64,000 nt of DNA from Botryllus schlosseri. Lineage: Eukaryota. Position 1 is the first letter of the stretch. Each line of letters opens with the position of its first letter. The position numbers were made by a program, and so were the translations under genes. Shown here piece after piece: positions 1 through 15,295 of the stretch. The stretch is from contig CM119371.1 in assembly GCA_051294905.1 (NCBI GenBank), positions 34,722,001-34,786,000 of the forward strand, given 5' to 3'. Under the pieces are notes generated by a model, which worked only from the letters and a program-made list of their open reading frames with translations, searched no databases and was not told the origin of the DNA.

Positions 1-131
1 AGATTTATCACGTTGATGTGAAATTTGTTCATGATTGGCTCGTTTTGCAATATAATTATCCTGTGGCATGTACAGGAAATCCAGAAATTGGATTAGAATC
101 AACTTTTGGGAAAAATACATTTTTATTTTAC

Positions 132-282
132 CGGGCTGTGATTGCTTCAACGCCAGCATCGGATCCGTTTGACGTAAGAGCGATCTAGCTGCCCCCAGTT
201 CACGAAGCTCCACCAGCTCCAGCACAATTTGTTCGTACAGGTCAACAAGAGCTTTATCCGGGAGCTTGAGAGATTGGATGGC
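132..282 (-). CDS. SMU1: SMU1 (WD40 spliceosomal factor) coding exon 2; gene continues left of the window
   Basis: Acceptor ttttgcttctcgcag, translation [50 protein letters not shown], donor G|gtaaaa. In phase with exon 1 and matches the recalled SMU1 CTLH region. Confidence 0.93.
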
Positions 283-651
283 CTGCGAGAAGCAAAATTG
301 ATATGAATTATTATTGTTGATCGGCTCGCAATTGATAGCGAACGTAACATCGCAAGTCACATAGCGATACCAGATTAAAAAACAATATCCATTGTTTCGT
401 TTTTTTAATTATAAACCACATGCCCGCTACTCCAGAATTATAGGTGGAAATTAATACACACCCTACTTGGTATAAGTGTCGAGACAGCACAATGGTATGG
501 TGCACAGCTGCAACACTAATAGATTCTAGAAGTACTCCATTACCGAACTGAGAAGTTATGTATTTTGTAATAGTTTCATCAAAATACTCTGTAGAAACTT
601 GCTCAGTTGAAGGTTCACGGCTAACATGCTGTTCAAACTTATGCGAATATT

Positions 652-1352
652 CAGGGTTGTAACCAAGCCACAAGTCAATTTCACTTTTATAGTTTTGACT
701 TGAGTCGGGTCAAGTCATTATCAATTCACCACCGAGTCAAGCCCGAGTCCAAGTCAGCTTGAGTCCGAGTCATAGCATCCCACTGTTCAGTTTTCAGTTC
801 AATCCGGTCAACCCACTTTTTTTCAACTCTGCTCGAGTGATAAAGAATGCCTCGCATTCATAATATCGTTATTTTCCTCATACAATTGAATAGTATATTC
901 ATATTGAAATGAACCCGAATATTTTCAGCTGACACTCGTCAGCAATTAGTAGAGAATTGGAAAGAACATGGTATATGAACAATAGTCTATATATTATAAA
1001 TACAGTGTTCTTTCCAATTCTCTACTAGTTGGTGACGATTACCCCTGACTGACAAGTGTCAGCCGAAAATATTCGGATTCATTTCAATATATATGTTCAA
1101 TTATAGATCCAAAAAGCTCTTCAATTTTCCCCAGTCTTAACAGTTTCTTGCCCTATTTTCCATGTATTAAGACTGATAGACGATCTACCAATAATGGGTA
1201 ACGTTACTATTCCTCGAAGTTACTCGTCCTAGGCTCTAGTCATAGGACTTGGTTCGAGTCACGGGCAATGGCTCGAGTACAAGTCGAGTCAATAGAAAAA
1301 TTGACTCAAGTCGAGTCGGGTCATTTTGCGCATTTGAGTCATTACAACCCGG
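652..1352. mobile_element. hAT-type MITE of the GACTCGAGTC-rich family in SMU1 intron 1, with a nested palindromic MITE at ~893-1095
   Basis: Ends CAGGGTTGTAA / TTACAACCCGG; flanks cgaatatt / caaatatt (7/8 TSD); related copies at 27613-28163, 46438-47019 and ~49400-49840. Confidence 0.75.
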
Positions 1353-1442
1353 CAAATATTCATTCAAAAATTCTACAAGTTAGTCGCATAAACTCATATC
1401 ACTGGTAACAAATAAAAATCATGACCAGATTTCAACACGAAC

Positions 1443-1625
1443 CTGCAAAACAGTGTCCCAGTGTCCGTTATTGATGTCCGACACAAATCCGTCGATACTG
1501 TCCACAGTGTTCAAGGATATTGTCGACTCCTCTTGCAGCATTGTCAGAGTCCGATGCAAATTACTCTCCTTCAGATACTGCTCGATCAACCGTATCACGT
1601 CAGCGGACTCTATTTCTAAGGTCAT
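1443..1625 (-). CDS. SMU1: SMU1 coding exon 1 (LisH region)
   Basis: [61 protein letters not shown] closely resembles the SMU1 N-terminus; phase-0 donor CAG|gttcgt at 1442. Confidence 0.95.
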
Positions 1626-2485
1626 GATTACTTATGATCTATATCCACAAAATATAACGACATCCATCATTAATTTACTATCGTTTGATATATATTTTGA
1701 AGCGAGTTATGTATCAGGACAAAGAATTGAAACTTTACGCGTGCGAAAATCCAATCCCTTATCCGAAAAACTATAATAACAGTAGCACATAAATAGTTGA
1801 TAAAAAGATAATGCAAGCATTTGCATATCTATCGCTGATGTAGGAGACGTATCTCATTCATTTAAACTTCATGTTCAGCGTATGTCATGCGCCTTATACA
1901 TGAGAACAGTAACTGTCGTCTGTCAATATTTGTTTCTATATATACGAACGCATCTTATGATCCAAATGTGTGGGCAATAATTTAAACTAGGCGCCACACA
2001 CAAGGGGTCGTAAGAATGAGCAGCAAACTTCACAATCTAGAAATAAGACCGATAAATGCAGATGCAGACATGTCGTCTTCAATTAACAGACTAGTTCATG
2101 TATTGCATAATAATCCCAGTATTTATGACTAAATTTTATTCAACGCCATCTGCTTTTGGCGTTTTCCCCAGAAATGAAACATACGAGGGAGGACAGTTCA
2201 ATTGCAGACAATTTATTACCTGGAAAGTGATTGAACAATAAATTTTCAAGACATATCAGACATTGGATATATCAATAAAAATTTCACCTGAAAAGCTATG
2301 TGATAAAATGTCTTAATATAAACCGTGCCAGAATATAATGAAATACCATTTGCACAACAAATTCCATCTTAACAGCGCCTGTGATACATGTAAACTCCAG
2401 TTGGCACCAGTGTAATTGAAATCGAGATTGCAATACTTCCTACAATGATCTATAATGCTGCGTACCGTTAAAAAAGCTGAATTAT

Positions 2486-3451
<966 letters not shown>

Positions 3452-4832
3452 CTAACGTGCCGGTATACTTATTCAATTAGTTGTCGGTAACATGTTACTA
3501 TTAGCTATGCTGTCATCAGGAACAAATCGTCATACAAGTATACACCTGAACTAAAGAATACAATACTTCGCCTATATATTAACTCGGCTTGTGCTTGTGT
3601 TGCATTCGGGTATTCCAAGCTTAGTGAGTTAGTGACCATTGATCGGCGAGCACTGAATCGTATCAAGAGAACTGTTGCCAGATCTCAAATATTAAAATAT
3701 GCCGGCACCGTAGTAAAATAGTGTGAGACACCATATCTTGTGCCAAATTCAGAAATATTGAAGAATGACGAATAAAGTGGGTGAAAAATAGCTAATGTGT
3801 CTAATGATTCCACGACAACGATGGGATGTTTTCTTCATAATGTTTAATAATATTATGTTGTCAAGGGTCCGGCGCTGGTCCTCGAGCGAGAATGTGGTGT
3901 TCTTATCCCTATATTTTGATGAAATGATAAAAAAGGTGAAGTCTTGATAATATTCTTGACTTTGAAATCTTCGTAGCAAAGATAGTAAAATACTAGTGAA
4001 CACAGCACCCTGAAGTAGAATATTGCGGCACTACGCATCTCTTGACTTCTATCTAGCGGACATTAAGTTTGGATCAAAAAAAGTGAAATGAAGAAAAGGT
4101 GAATGAACTATTTTCCTCCCAATTTCCGGTTTCATTAGCCCCACAATGAATATAGGCCTATATATCATGCGCATAGAATACGACGATTAATTGTTGAATA
4201 ATTCCGCAGCCACTTTCCGTTTTAACCATCCCTTCTCGTAGCCAGCACTTTTCCAACTTACCCCCTAAATATGAAAAGAGCAAGACGCCGGCTAACTAGC
4301 CGGGACGGCTGAATCATCTACTCAATACGTTTTCTGGCCTTACTTATCAACAAGGTGGTCTTAATTTGTCAGAATTTCTCCTCGGGTAGAAATAACGCTG
4401 TAAAATCCTACTCCAATATAAGAATATAAGTATATTAGTGATTTGCAAGGCATGCAAGAACTACTTAAATAATTCAATTCAATTTATTGCTAAAAATTTC
4501 ATCATTTCAGTGCACCACAAGACTGCGATAGAATGAAAGATAGAAAGGTGTCGAAACGACTTGAAGTTGTCTTCGAAATCAGACACCCCCGGCCTAGGCG
4601 AGGTAAAAAGGGAGGCATGAACAACTGAACATGCACACTGAAATGTTTGAAAAGCCCACAATTGAGTAACTCTAAAATGTAGATAGTTGCTCAAGGTTCC
4701 GCATACTTTCAGTAGTAGATTGGAGGGAGGGAGCTACCTTCGTCATGCATCTTCAATTCTTCGTAAGAACATCCGAATGATTGGCGACAGGAGAACAAAG
4801 CATTGTCAAAAGTGCATAAGTAGGCTATAAAC

Positions 4833-6851
4833 CAGTGTTGGGATCAAGTCACTACCTTCGAGTCACGAGTCACGTCGAGTCAATGTACATTTTGACTCGA
4901 GTCAAGTCAAGTCAATCGATTTTCAAAGGTGACTCGAGTCAAGTCAAGTCACTCGATTTTTGGAGGTGACTCGAGTCAAGTCGAGTCAAGTCAAGTCAAG
5001 TCAAGTCAAGTCACGAGTCAAGTGACATTTCAAGTCAAGTTGCCTTTTCGAAGAATGTATGAGGCATGATTATACTTCATTGCAATTTGCTAGCTGTGTG
5101 AAATACAGTTTCAGTGGTCACTGGTAATTGATTCCGAACCGATGAACGAATATAGAGTTACATATATACACGCAAGAACGCGCTGTATCCCTCACATATA
5201 CGTATAGGACTGTTATTCTACGTAATTGCATAGCCTCAATTTATAGTTACCAGCCAAAATAGAGAATAGAGAAACTAATTGATAGGATGCCATACATTAC
5301 CCATTTACAAATAGATATGATACCATTCGAGCCTGCGCCAATGGTTGAGGACTATATAATCTCAGGGATATATAGAAGTTAAGGGATAGGGGAGATGTGG
5401 TACCGATGGATCACTGGGACCGAAAATACTTGAAAAATTCTCCTTGATAATTCCATGATTACACTCCGTGAATTTGTCTACAATTAATTGCTGATAGAAT
5501 CTTTCCTCACATGCAAAAAATCGACCTGCGTGAGTTATGGGGTCTGTGACGAATGATTTACGTTTTCGGGGGTGTAAAGTAAATTTGGATCGACATTTGC
5601 ATTTTTCTATATCCCCCTTCAGACTAACAAACCCGCCATAATTTTTGATGTGAAGTATAGGGCTTGTATCAGGGTCTATAATGGCACATATTTTCTGAAC
5701 AAATACCATCCTCGAGTGGACTATTTTCAAGTCAACTACAATATTTATGGGGTGGGGGACCTATGGTACCATAGCCAAATCACGCAAAATAGATGGACCA
5801 ACTAATCACTTAGCAACAGATACTCGCCTACATATCTATCGGCTGTAAATCATAGTTACCTGTGGTGTTTTATCGCTATTACGAGGTAGTTGAAAGTCAA
5901 AATGTCGATTTGCGGGTAATATGTATGTGGCATTAATTTTGTAAGTTTAGGCGCAAATCGAAAAATGATTTTATGCCAACATTTCAGTTGGTATAATCTA
6001 TTTTATTCTTGAAGGTGGCGACGAAACATTCTTCATTGGCTTGCTGTAGCTTTAGCTTATAGTACACAACAAAACAAGTTAACAAATTTGAGTTTTTGAG
6101 CGTATGTCTCATAGGTCCCGTGGTCGTGTGCCTTTGGACCCACCGGGTGGGGACCGATGACACGTTCGAGCAACAAATTTTAAACGTTTATAAATATTTT
6201 TTGAAAAGGCGGATATTCATGTAAATGTCCGCGATAGGTAGAGCTTGTATGGAAGTGTTTAGACAACAAAAGATCTGCTATTCTCGGCTAAAGATATGAG
6301 GGCCAGGGATCATTTCGCAATTTTTGATCCATTGGTACCACATCTCCCCAATATTAGTTCTATATATCCCTATGCATAAACTATATTCGGCTTCAATTCC
6401 AATAAAACAAGAGGTTTTGTTAAGGTAAGAACGGAGAACAGAAATAGACGTTTTGCTATTCTATTACTTTACCACAAGAGTTACACGACAACGTAAGCTG
6501 TATGCTCAGATCACTTCGTTTGCGATCAACTTATTCGTGAGAGAACAATCGAGGCTCATGGAAGCGCACGGTCATTGAATGATTGGTCGCTCTCACGGGT
6601 TACACCAGCGTTTCGCGAACAATCCGAATAGATGCAAGATACAGTGATTTTTATCGACACCGATTACTTGATGACTTGAAATTGACTCGTGAATTTTGCT
6701 CCGAGTCACGAGTCAATCCACATTTCTGATACGCCGAGTCAAGTCAATTCGAGTCATTTTAGCAAAGTGACTCGAGTCAAGTCAAGTCATGTGCAAAAGG
6801 TGACTCGAGTCTGACTCGAGTCAAGTCATGACTCGAGTCATCCCAACACTG
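4833..6851. mobile_element. Non-autonomous hAT element with subterminal AGTCA/GACTCGAGTC arrays, containing nested insertions
   Basis: TIR CAGTGTTGGGAT / ATCCCAACACTG; perfect 8-bp TSD ctataaac at 4825-4832 and 6852-6859. Confidence 0.9.
5389..6349. mobile_element. 961-bp Tc1/mariner-pogo-type MITE, copy 1
   Basis: TIR GGGGAGATGTGGTACCGATGGATC (one mismatch at the right end); TA on the left; same length and highly similar to 24027-24987 in opposite orientation. Confidence 0.88.
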
Positions 6852-7348
6852 CTATAAACACACACGCGTCCACGTCGGTCAGCTATCATATGGTCGACAT
6901 GAATGGTCATCGATCTAGCAAATATGCCGGACTTGCAGTGTGGGCAGTATCTCACCGGCTATCTCGCAGTCGTCGAACATGTCCACATTCAATTCGAAAT
7001 GCAAGCAATTTTTACGGAATAAATAGGCCTACTAGTCATATCGTCAGCCCTCAAGTTTACCGCACTACGACCTGACAGGGGTGACTCGACTCGAGTCAGA
7101 CTCGAGTCATATGACTCGAGACTCAGACGGCCAAGAGCGAAGTACAATGTAATGTCGAAGAGTAGTAAAGTATAACCACCCTATTCGGGGTGCGTCTATT
7201 GGTACTGCTACTTGAAAATGCGACCAGAAAGTATTAAAAGTGAGGAAAACTAGTAGAGTATATGTATATTATAAATGCGAACCATTCGATATCACCAAAC
7301 AGAGTTATAACAGTGGGTTTAACAAGACTTTATCTGGAAACTGAGCAG

Positions 7349-8055
7349 TAGGGGTGTTTAAAAATACTTGTTTTTTTCAAATTTTGTCGGCTTACTTGTC
7401 AAATCGTCAGGTTACCTAAAAAAACGTTGCACAACAAATTTGACTGAATTCCAACCAGTAGATGCCGAGGTCAGTCAAATTGAAATTTCGGTCATTTTTG
7501 AAATAATAGTATTTACGGTGAGCAATTTTGTCACACCGGCATGACCAAAAATCGTGTTCCAGGTATACCTGAAGAGGCATAGGGATGTTTTTTCCATTCG
7601 TTATATGGTCTTGACGAGGGCCTTTGGTGGAGTTTGGACGAAGACATCGCCAGTAAACGAAAAAAAGATATGACACGGATTAGCTGGAAATTATAGTCCA
7701 CTTCATTGAAATAGACACGTTAAAAGGATGGTGAGATAATTTTCAAATAGAGTAGCCTACTTTGAACACTAAAATGAACGACCACGAAAATGAAATGAAC
7801 TGACAATAAACACTTATACTACGGGTAAATATATATCTCGTGTGATAATCAATATCTATATTCTTGGTCGGTTCAATGTAGATTTCTTCACGACGCAATT
7901 TGATATTATGATATTTTATCATTTGCTCTGCAGCACTCCTATAGTACTCTCACAGGCGAAGTATAAGACTAATGGGCACCGTGACAGATCTCCTTTCTTT
8001 CAAAAGTTATCGTCCTCTCTACATGTCATCCTCCATATTAGGTTAATACCATTTA
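7349..8055. repeat. Dispersed ~700-bp repeat (probable DNA-transposon derivative); other copies at ~25811-26470 and, inverted, ~28855-29280
   Basis: Shared blocks such as gtcaaatcgtcaggttacct and ccagtagatgccgaggtcagtcaaattgaaatttcggtcattttt. Confidence 0.75.
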
Positions 8056-8588
8056 ATTCAGGGGTGGGCGAATATTTTTCTCCGCGGTGCAAATGAGAAG
8101 CAGAAAATATGTTGGCGGGCCGAGTCACAAATTTTAGATGTATTCTCTAGCATATTTATTTTATTTCTGAATTGAAAGCAGTGAATTACACTAAATGGTG
8201 CTCAATGGATGTGTTCATATTGGGAACGAGAAATTGACGGTCAATTTTTACCAAAAAATATTTATTTGCCGTCATATTTTGAAACAATGTTGAACATGAT
8301 ACACTTTGAATTCTCTTTAAACCCCTATCCGCGTTTTTCTATCAATAAATGTATTTGGGGTGGTCGAAATAGCCCTTCGTCCGCCCCCTCCCCCAAAAAA
8401 CGTTGGTCATGGCCCCCCGAAGAGTTATAAACCGAACTTTATAACCTAAAGCCCCTTCCAGATACTCGTTTTTAACATTACTTCTGAGCGCGGAATATTT
8501 CCTTGATTCATGATTCAATCGGTCAATAATATTGGTAATTGCTCATATATATTGCTGTGTTTTTGTATCCATTTCCATCGATTCAAAA

Positions 8589-9145
8589 CATCACAAGATT
8601 GCAATACAATGAAATGATTGCAAGGTGTCGAAACGACTTGGAGTAGTCTTTAAAATCAGACGCACCCACCCGACGACAACTAAAGCACAGAAAAGCCCGA
8701 TAAAGTAAGAAAGCGCAAGAAATAGCGTCAAAAAATGGACTGAAGAAAGATTAACATCGAAGAAGACTGTAAACAACGGGCACTTAGGCCGAGGTGGATG
8801 CCTGACTAAGAGACCGCCGCTGGTCGTTTCGGCATCCCCCTCTGTTCATAACATGGCATTGTGTCTTGTATAGGCCTATATCGGAATCGTACATTGTGTG
8901 CGTGTCTTGGGCAGATGGAAATATATTCTTCAGGATTACCGGACCACGACCTAACATCGACCCCGCCCTCCTCCACATGCCACCTCATTTTGTCGCTTGC
9001 GTCTTATATTCTCTGCATTACTTTTCATTCAGTGTGCATGCCTCTTATTTTTCGCCTAGGCTAAGGTGGGTGTCTTATCTTAATGGCTACTCCAAGTTGT
9101 TTCGACACCTTCCTATCTTGTCATTGTATCGCAGTCTTGTGGTGT
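8589..9145. mobile_element. MITE with ~55-bp imperfect TIRs; partial copies at ~4513-4575 and ~40480-40545
   Basis: cacaagattgcaatacaatg...aaggtgtcgaaacgacttggagtag is mirrored by ctactccaagttgtttcgacacctt...cattgtatcgcagtcttgtg; no TSD resolved. Confidence 0.65.
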
Positions 9146-9287
9146 TGTGAAGTGATAAAATTCTTGATAAAACTGACATTGTTATATAATTTCACTCATG
9201 AAAAAATTACATTCTAATTTTACAAAAGAAGTGTAAAAAGTTTTGCGCCATAAATTAGTGGAGTATCAATGAAAGTATCCTTAAGAC

Positions 9288-10934
9288 CAGGGGTGGGCAA
9301 TTATTTTCCTCCGCGGGCCAAATGAGGAGTAGAAAATACGTTGGCGGGCCGAGTGAAAAAATTTAGGTGTATTATCCGGCGTATTTTAATGTATCTAAAT
9401 TACATTGTTAATATATGCTCCTCGGTGAATGTGTTGACGTTTGGCAATGGGAAAGTGGCGGTTAATTGAAAAAAAATCTATTTGCTGTCATGGTTTGAAA
9501 AATGTTAAACATGGTGCATTTTTACCTTTCTTTAAACCCCTATCCACGTTCTTCTATTAAGACACTAGAACAGTCGTTCTCAAGCTGTTTACGCGTGCCC
9601 CTTTATGATAATGAAAAATTTCGCGCCCAACCTCCCCATCATGATATCACAACAGATTAAAAAGAACAACCAGAATATCAGCAATCCTAACGGACGGTTT
9701 GGTAGCATGGAAGGATGGTTGCTGATGAGAGAATCTGTAATATCAAAATCGCGGACAATTCGCAGATCAATAACTACACTATCAATAGGGGTGACTCGCA
9801 AGGAGCGCGAAAAACATTTCGTTTAATTTCGGCTTCGCGCCTCCCTTCAGATGCTCTCACCCCTCCCTTCGACAACCACTGCACTGAAATGTCTATGGAG
9901 GATGGTACAGAGCTGTCTTGGTCGCTATGCATTCCGAGCAGAGCGCAGCTCAAATAGCCTTGATGTTCAGCGAAGTTTGCATTTTTACTGGAATTCGCCC
10001 TCCCTTGACCGAGTATTTCGTGTTTTTGTCACAATTCAAATCCTTAATCTCGGCGACATGCTCCGCAACAACTAAATGGAGGGGTTACTAACGGCAGTAT
10101 ACAAATATTTAGTGCTCTAATCCTTTATAAATGTTAGCTTTCGGCTTTCACTTTTTAACATGCCCGTTCATGATCCTTGATGGGTTTGTTTGTTTTATTC
10201 ACATAATTGGCTTTATTACAACTTGGATCATTTGCACTAAGTACAGAAATTGCATGTCAATGAATTTGCGGACTTTTATTTTGCCATTTGCTCTCTCTTC
10301 TTACGGGCTTCACAAAGCGCTGTGTATACAGCGGGATCGGCGATGAGGAGCCCAGATAAACCGCAGCACATAAAAACATGGCAGAGCCGAGACTCGAACC
10401 ACAACCAACCATTGGTGTCGTGACTGCAGTTTTTAACCAACTGCGCCACTTGCACTAATCCTTCGACTCTCAGCTTTGGGCTGCCGGTTCACCCTTCATG
10501 GGTGATCGTTATGACGAGTCATATAATTATCACGAGCACTGATTGACTTGTTTTACGAATTAGGGATTTGGAACAATTTGAAACACGTACCGTATAATGC
10601 ATAATGTAACAATGGCAACAAAGGTTTGACCCAGACAATATGGAAAGAGTGATTTCTTGTGAATTTAATTGTTACTCATATTTTGCCACATTGCCTTTAT
10701 TTTGAATTTGGATTACGCAGCATGCGAGTTACGTATAGGTAGCCTAATCGTGCTATATTACTGAACAGGCTTCATAGTAAACGAATTTCCTGTTTAGTTG
10801 ATACAGTCTATGGTTTTAGTCCGCGCATCAAAATTCAAAAAGCAGGATTAATATTATGAATTCCAAGCAATCTTTCACGGGCCACACAGAATTGCTTCGC
10901 TGGCCGCATTTGGCCCGCGCTTTGCCTGGGCCTG
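9288..10934. mobile_element. hAT (Charlie/Buster-like) non-autonomous element with a nested SINE fragment at ~10340-10450
   Basis: Ends CAGGGGTGGGCAA / TTGCCTGGGCCTG with subterminal GGCC(C)GC motifs; perfect TSD cttaagac at 9280-9287 and 10935-10942. Confidence 0.85.
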
Positions 10935-13257
10935 CTTAAGACAGAGTTCCTTAAAACCTTTTAGGGCTTGTACCCCTTAGCTGCACTGAAATGTTTCTCG
11001 CACCCCATATTCAGGATCGCAACTGCACTTTGTCAAGCCACCTTCAAAGGCTGGTATTGGGCTCCCACAAGGTTTTCAACACAGCTTATGTGGATTTCAG
11101 GGACAGGAGACATTTCAGCGACTGGAGATATTAATATCGACGGTGTCGCCGATGTGCTGTAATGTCAGGGTCCGAATGTTAATCGTCGTCGTCGGTACAC
11201 CGAACGTCACAGGTCTTCGCGTGCTGGAAATTACGGACAACGTCGAAGTGCGCCCCAGCAGGGTTCTCAGCCCTGGACTAAAGCACCCTAATGGCCACAG
11301 GGCACCATTCTCTCATAATTGCGAAAAAAGTCCCTAGACTCATTTCTGTAACTAATGTTGTATCTTTTCTTCAGTCTGCTATTATTTTGTCGGAGGGAAT
11401 GGCATACCCCTCATTAAGAAATGACTCACCGAATATTTTACATTCAAATGAAAACTAAATACCGGTAAATGAAAATTTGCCTCAAAGACTGTAAAGTAGA
11501 AGTATCCTTAAAACATTAGGCCTACCACTCAAGCAAAGAGCAGGCAGGTAAGTCTACTTGAGAACTATGAAGAATCAGAAGCACAGATCTGAATAACCAC
11601 TAATGAAATGTCGCTATCTGGGATTTCGCAAAATCACACCACACTCGTCAGGCTTACATTTTCCCTTCACCACAACCCCAAAAAATAAGGCAGAATTATA
11701 TCATTTTATGATAGAAACATGAAACATTTCAAGAACTCTCGTCGCTACGCCGACAGTCGTCGTGAACGGACGCAACGAGCATCTCAACAGTCCGCATATC
11801 GCAATGAACAATGAAAAAGCGACACCGCTATGGAAAACATCACACCGCCGTGAATTTATGTCAGGAAATGATGGGAATTTTCTAGGTTCAAAATCAATCC
11901 CACAAGGAGACTAACTGGTAATGTAATGTGCAATGAAAAACCACCTACTAAAATGACGAATTCGCGATAACAAAAACACAGCATATGCTCAGTAGCTATA
12001 TAATTCTTGCGACAGCTGTGCTGAAATGCACTTTCACGCCAAATACTTGAGCAAACACGGCTTACGCAATCAGTGCAATTAGAACATGCAGTCTCAATAT
12101 CTGAGTGCATCGAGCTGATGTTTTCAAAAACTTCCACGATAATCTCAACTGACCCATTCATTCCACAGTGGCGGACAACGGGAGACGCTTCAAGAAACGG
12201 GGGTTTACAGCGCGTAACACAGCTCCGATTAGTTTCAAGAGGTCATTTTGTTGGTCTTAAGACGCATTCCGGTCGGAATATCAAGACATCGTGTCACTAA
12301 TATTAAGACACCATCACAACGAACATACGATCGAACAATAATATATTCATATAGAAATAAACCCGAATATTTTCGGCTGACACTGGTCAGGGGTAGTCGT
12401 CAGCAACCCGTAGAATTGAAGAGAACATTGCATATCAACAATCGTATCCTCAAATGACACGAAAATTCGAATAATCAAGCGATAAATTCGGGTTTCTTTC
12501 AATATAAATACAGAATCAAAACGTATATTGAAGTTCTGTACCTCCAAAAGTGTCTCCAAAAGGTACAGTGCAATCATTTCACGGCATCAAATCCTAATCT
12601 TTTGTCAGTTGAGCTGGAAGTTCAGAGCTCACATGAAAGAAAAACGCTGCATGTTCAGGCTGAAAGACTTATCTAAGAAACCACGCTTATACAGTGAGAA
12701 TGAGTATTTACCCAACATCCCCCCTGTACATCATTCGAATTCGGGGCGTCGAGTTCAAACAACAGCTCAGTGGGACAGAATGATTAATAACGAATGACAT
12801 GAAGAATATTGATCAGAAGTAATACGAATAATAATAAAACACGGAAAGACCAAGAAAATAATAACAAATAATATGCCACTTGAGATCGCTATGTACTTTT
12901 GAATAAAACTGGATTGAGCTTCGTCAAAATGCTTCCTCGAATCGACAGAGTGGGTTTTGACCATGGACTTACATCGCAACGTGTCCGGATTTGTGGAGAA
13001 TAACGCCAGTGGATGTGTTTACAGCTGTCGAAGTATGAGGTAGATTCATCGTTCTGTGGCCTTATCGCTAGAGCTGGGCAAATTCGAGTACCCGAGTGTT
13101 TCGATTCTGAATGGAGTATTAAACGTGGAGTCGGGTATGACGGCAGCATGAATGATTTGCTCCAATATGTACCTTTTTGCAATCAAAAAATAATACAATG
13201 ACAGTACTACGTGACATTAAACATTATTTGGTAGATTTTTGACCATACCAATTTCTT

Positions 13258-13780
13258 TGTTCAAAAATAACTTTTTTACGGATCCTGGGGATTCACTGAT
13301 TAAATTGTTAGGTTGCCTAAAAAAAGGCAGCACACCAAATTTGGCTCAATACCAACCAGCCGAAGCCGCGGAAGAGCCGATTGAAATTTTCAAATTTACT
13401 TTATAAATTATTAAATTTTTTTAACAAATTTTACGGTCAACCCCACGAAATTGTTAAGTCGCCCAAAAGAACGGTGCATACCGATTTTTGCGCGCTTCCA
13501 ACCAGTAGAAGCGAAGTTATCGCAGTTGAAAGTTTTGAATTCGCAAATATAGCATCGATGGCGGGTAGCCTACTGTAATCCCAGAACTGTTGATGAATAA
13601 CTCAAATAGCTTCGCTTCTACGGGTTGGAATTACGTCGAATTTCTTTCGCATCGTTTTTGTAGACAACTCGACAAATTCATGGGGTGAACAGTAAAATTT
13701 GAAAAATAAAACTCATTTTTTTTTGAAAAAATTCAAAAATTTCCGTTGGCTCTGCCGTGGCTTCGGCTGGTTGGAATAGT
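13258..13780. mobile_element. Diverged, truncated member of the palindromic hAT MITE family seen at 41835-42444
   Basis: Starts tgttcaaaaataactttttt...gattaaattgttaggttgcct; internal inverted symmetry (ccagccgaagccgcgg / ccgtggcttcggctgg). Confidence 0.65.
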
Positions 13781-15295
13781 GTCAAAAACAGCCAAAAAGA
13801 GCAACGAAAGTATAATTCTCATTGACAAATTAACTCTCAGTGTACTCGATAAGATGATCTCTCACTATTTGACTCGACTCATTAGAATTAATACTCGATT
13901 CAGATTTGACTACTCAAATCAGTTTGCCCAGCGCTACTTTAGGATTCTACATGGATATTTCCACATTTTGGTACAATTTTGGGTTCATAACACAAGGTTA
14001 CCCTCTCCGCCAATAGCGTTCAACATTATTCAATATTGTCCAACACTACGGAAACAGCACTCATTTCAAAAGCTACTGACGGATACCATTCGTTTTTTTA
14101 TCATAATATAATGTCCATAACAAGAATAGGGATCGATAAGCATTGTATTTCATTCTACGAGGTTTTTTTCCATGGAATGCTATCTCACCCACATTTCGGC
14201 CGTTACGGTCAATGTTACAGCATGTGATATGGCGAGTTTTCAAGAAAGGTGCTATTTTTATCATTCACACGGCATTCGGTGGTTAATCGCGTTAATACAT
14301 CTGAGCGGTCTCAAGAATAAGTATCTGTAAATATATTGCATAGCAGTTATCCTCGCTTGATACCATACGTCACAGGCCGACGTCAGAAAAATCCGAGTGG
14401 ATATCAGTTTCCGTGGCACTCTGTGCTGTTAATTAAGACGTCAGGACATGGCAGGATTAATGCCTGGAAATTAACTACCGTACTCATCGCCATATTCAGT
14501 ACACCAAGTAAAGTCTGGCACCAAAGCTGGTAGTATTATAAGGAATCATTTGAACATCACATGAGCATGATGCATATGGCCGCATTAGTCAAAGTGTCTC
14601 AGATGACAACAATTTGACGAATGAAATTCATATCAGGACTGAAACAGACACATATTACATTTTCATCACCATTTCAACAAATGCTCATAACTCATTAACC
14701 CCGTTAATACTATACATTAAAGTTATGCTTCAGTAATTTTGATAATTTCCTTCAATAGAGGCCAGATAAAGTACCGTAACATTTATGGACAACAATTTGT
14801 CATAGACTAATGCTTACGCAGCTCCGGGATTCATGCTTATAGTTGGGAAAAAAAACTGCAGTGTTCATAGCGATAAAATATCTTGACCAAGCCCCTGTGA
14901 TAGGAAATTGCTGATATTCCAATCGAATGGGCTCAAGCATCACAGGCAAACCATGATTGGGGTTTCTAAGCGCACGAGAGACACAAATTCGGATACCAAT
15001 CGACTGGCGTTCGCATTCTCCAGAGCACAATAAGTTAAAACAAAAACAGGACATAAAACAATAATATCCACCCACCACGGAACGATGGCGAATGAAAGCA
15101 GTCAAACACGTATGAAACAACGAAAATTCCAGTATTCTCATTGCACTTGGCAACATGGAACAGTTTCCCATCAAATGCGTGGGGTCTAGAGTAGAAATGG
15201 TCACAAATCAAATGGACAGTTGGACACACCGCACATGTTCTACGAAACTATTTTATGCACACGCAGCCACGTTCAATTACCCACAAAGGCGATAT

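Noticed and set aside
3749..4038. Short minus-strand ORFs upstream of RNF121
   Set aside because: No recognisable homology or consistent exon chain.
5362..5730. 122-aa ORF and its twin at 24644-24892 as paralogous genes
   Set aside because: Non-ATG starts, differing frames and lengths, and both lie essentially within the 961-bp MITE.
11101..11292. GDINIDGVADV motif (FG-GAP/EF-like) followed by an Arg-rich frame
   Set aside because: An in-frame stop follows immediately and no partner exons were found; may be chance or a decayed fragment.
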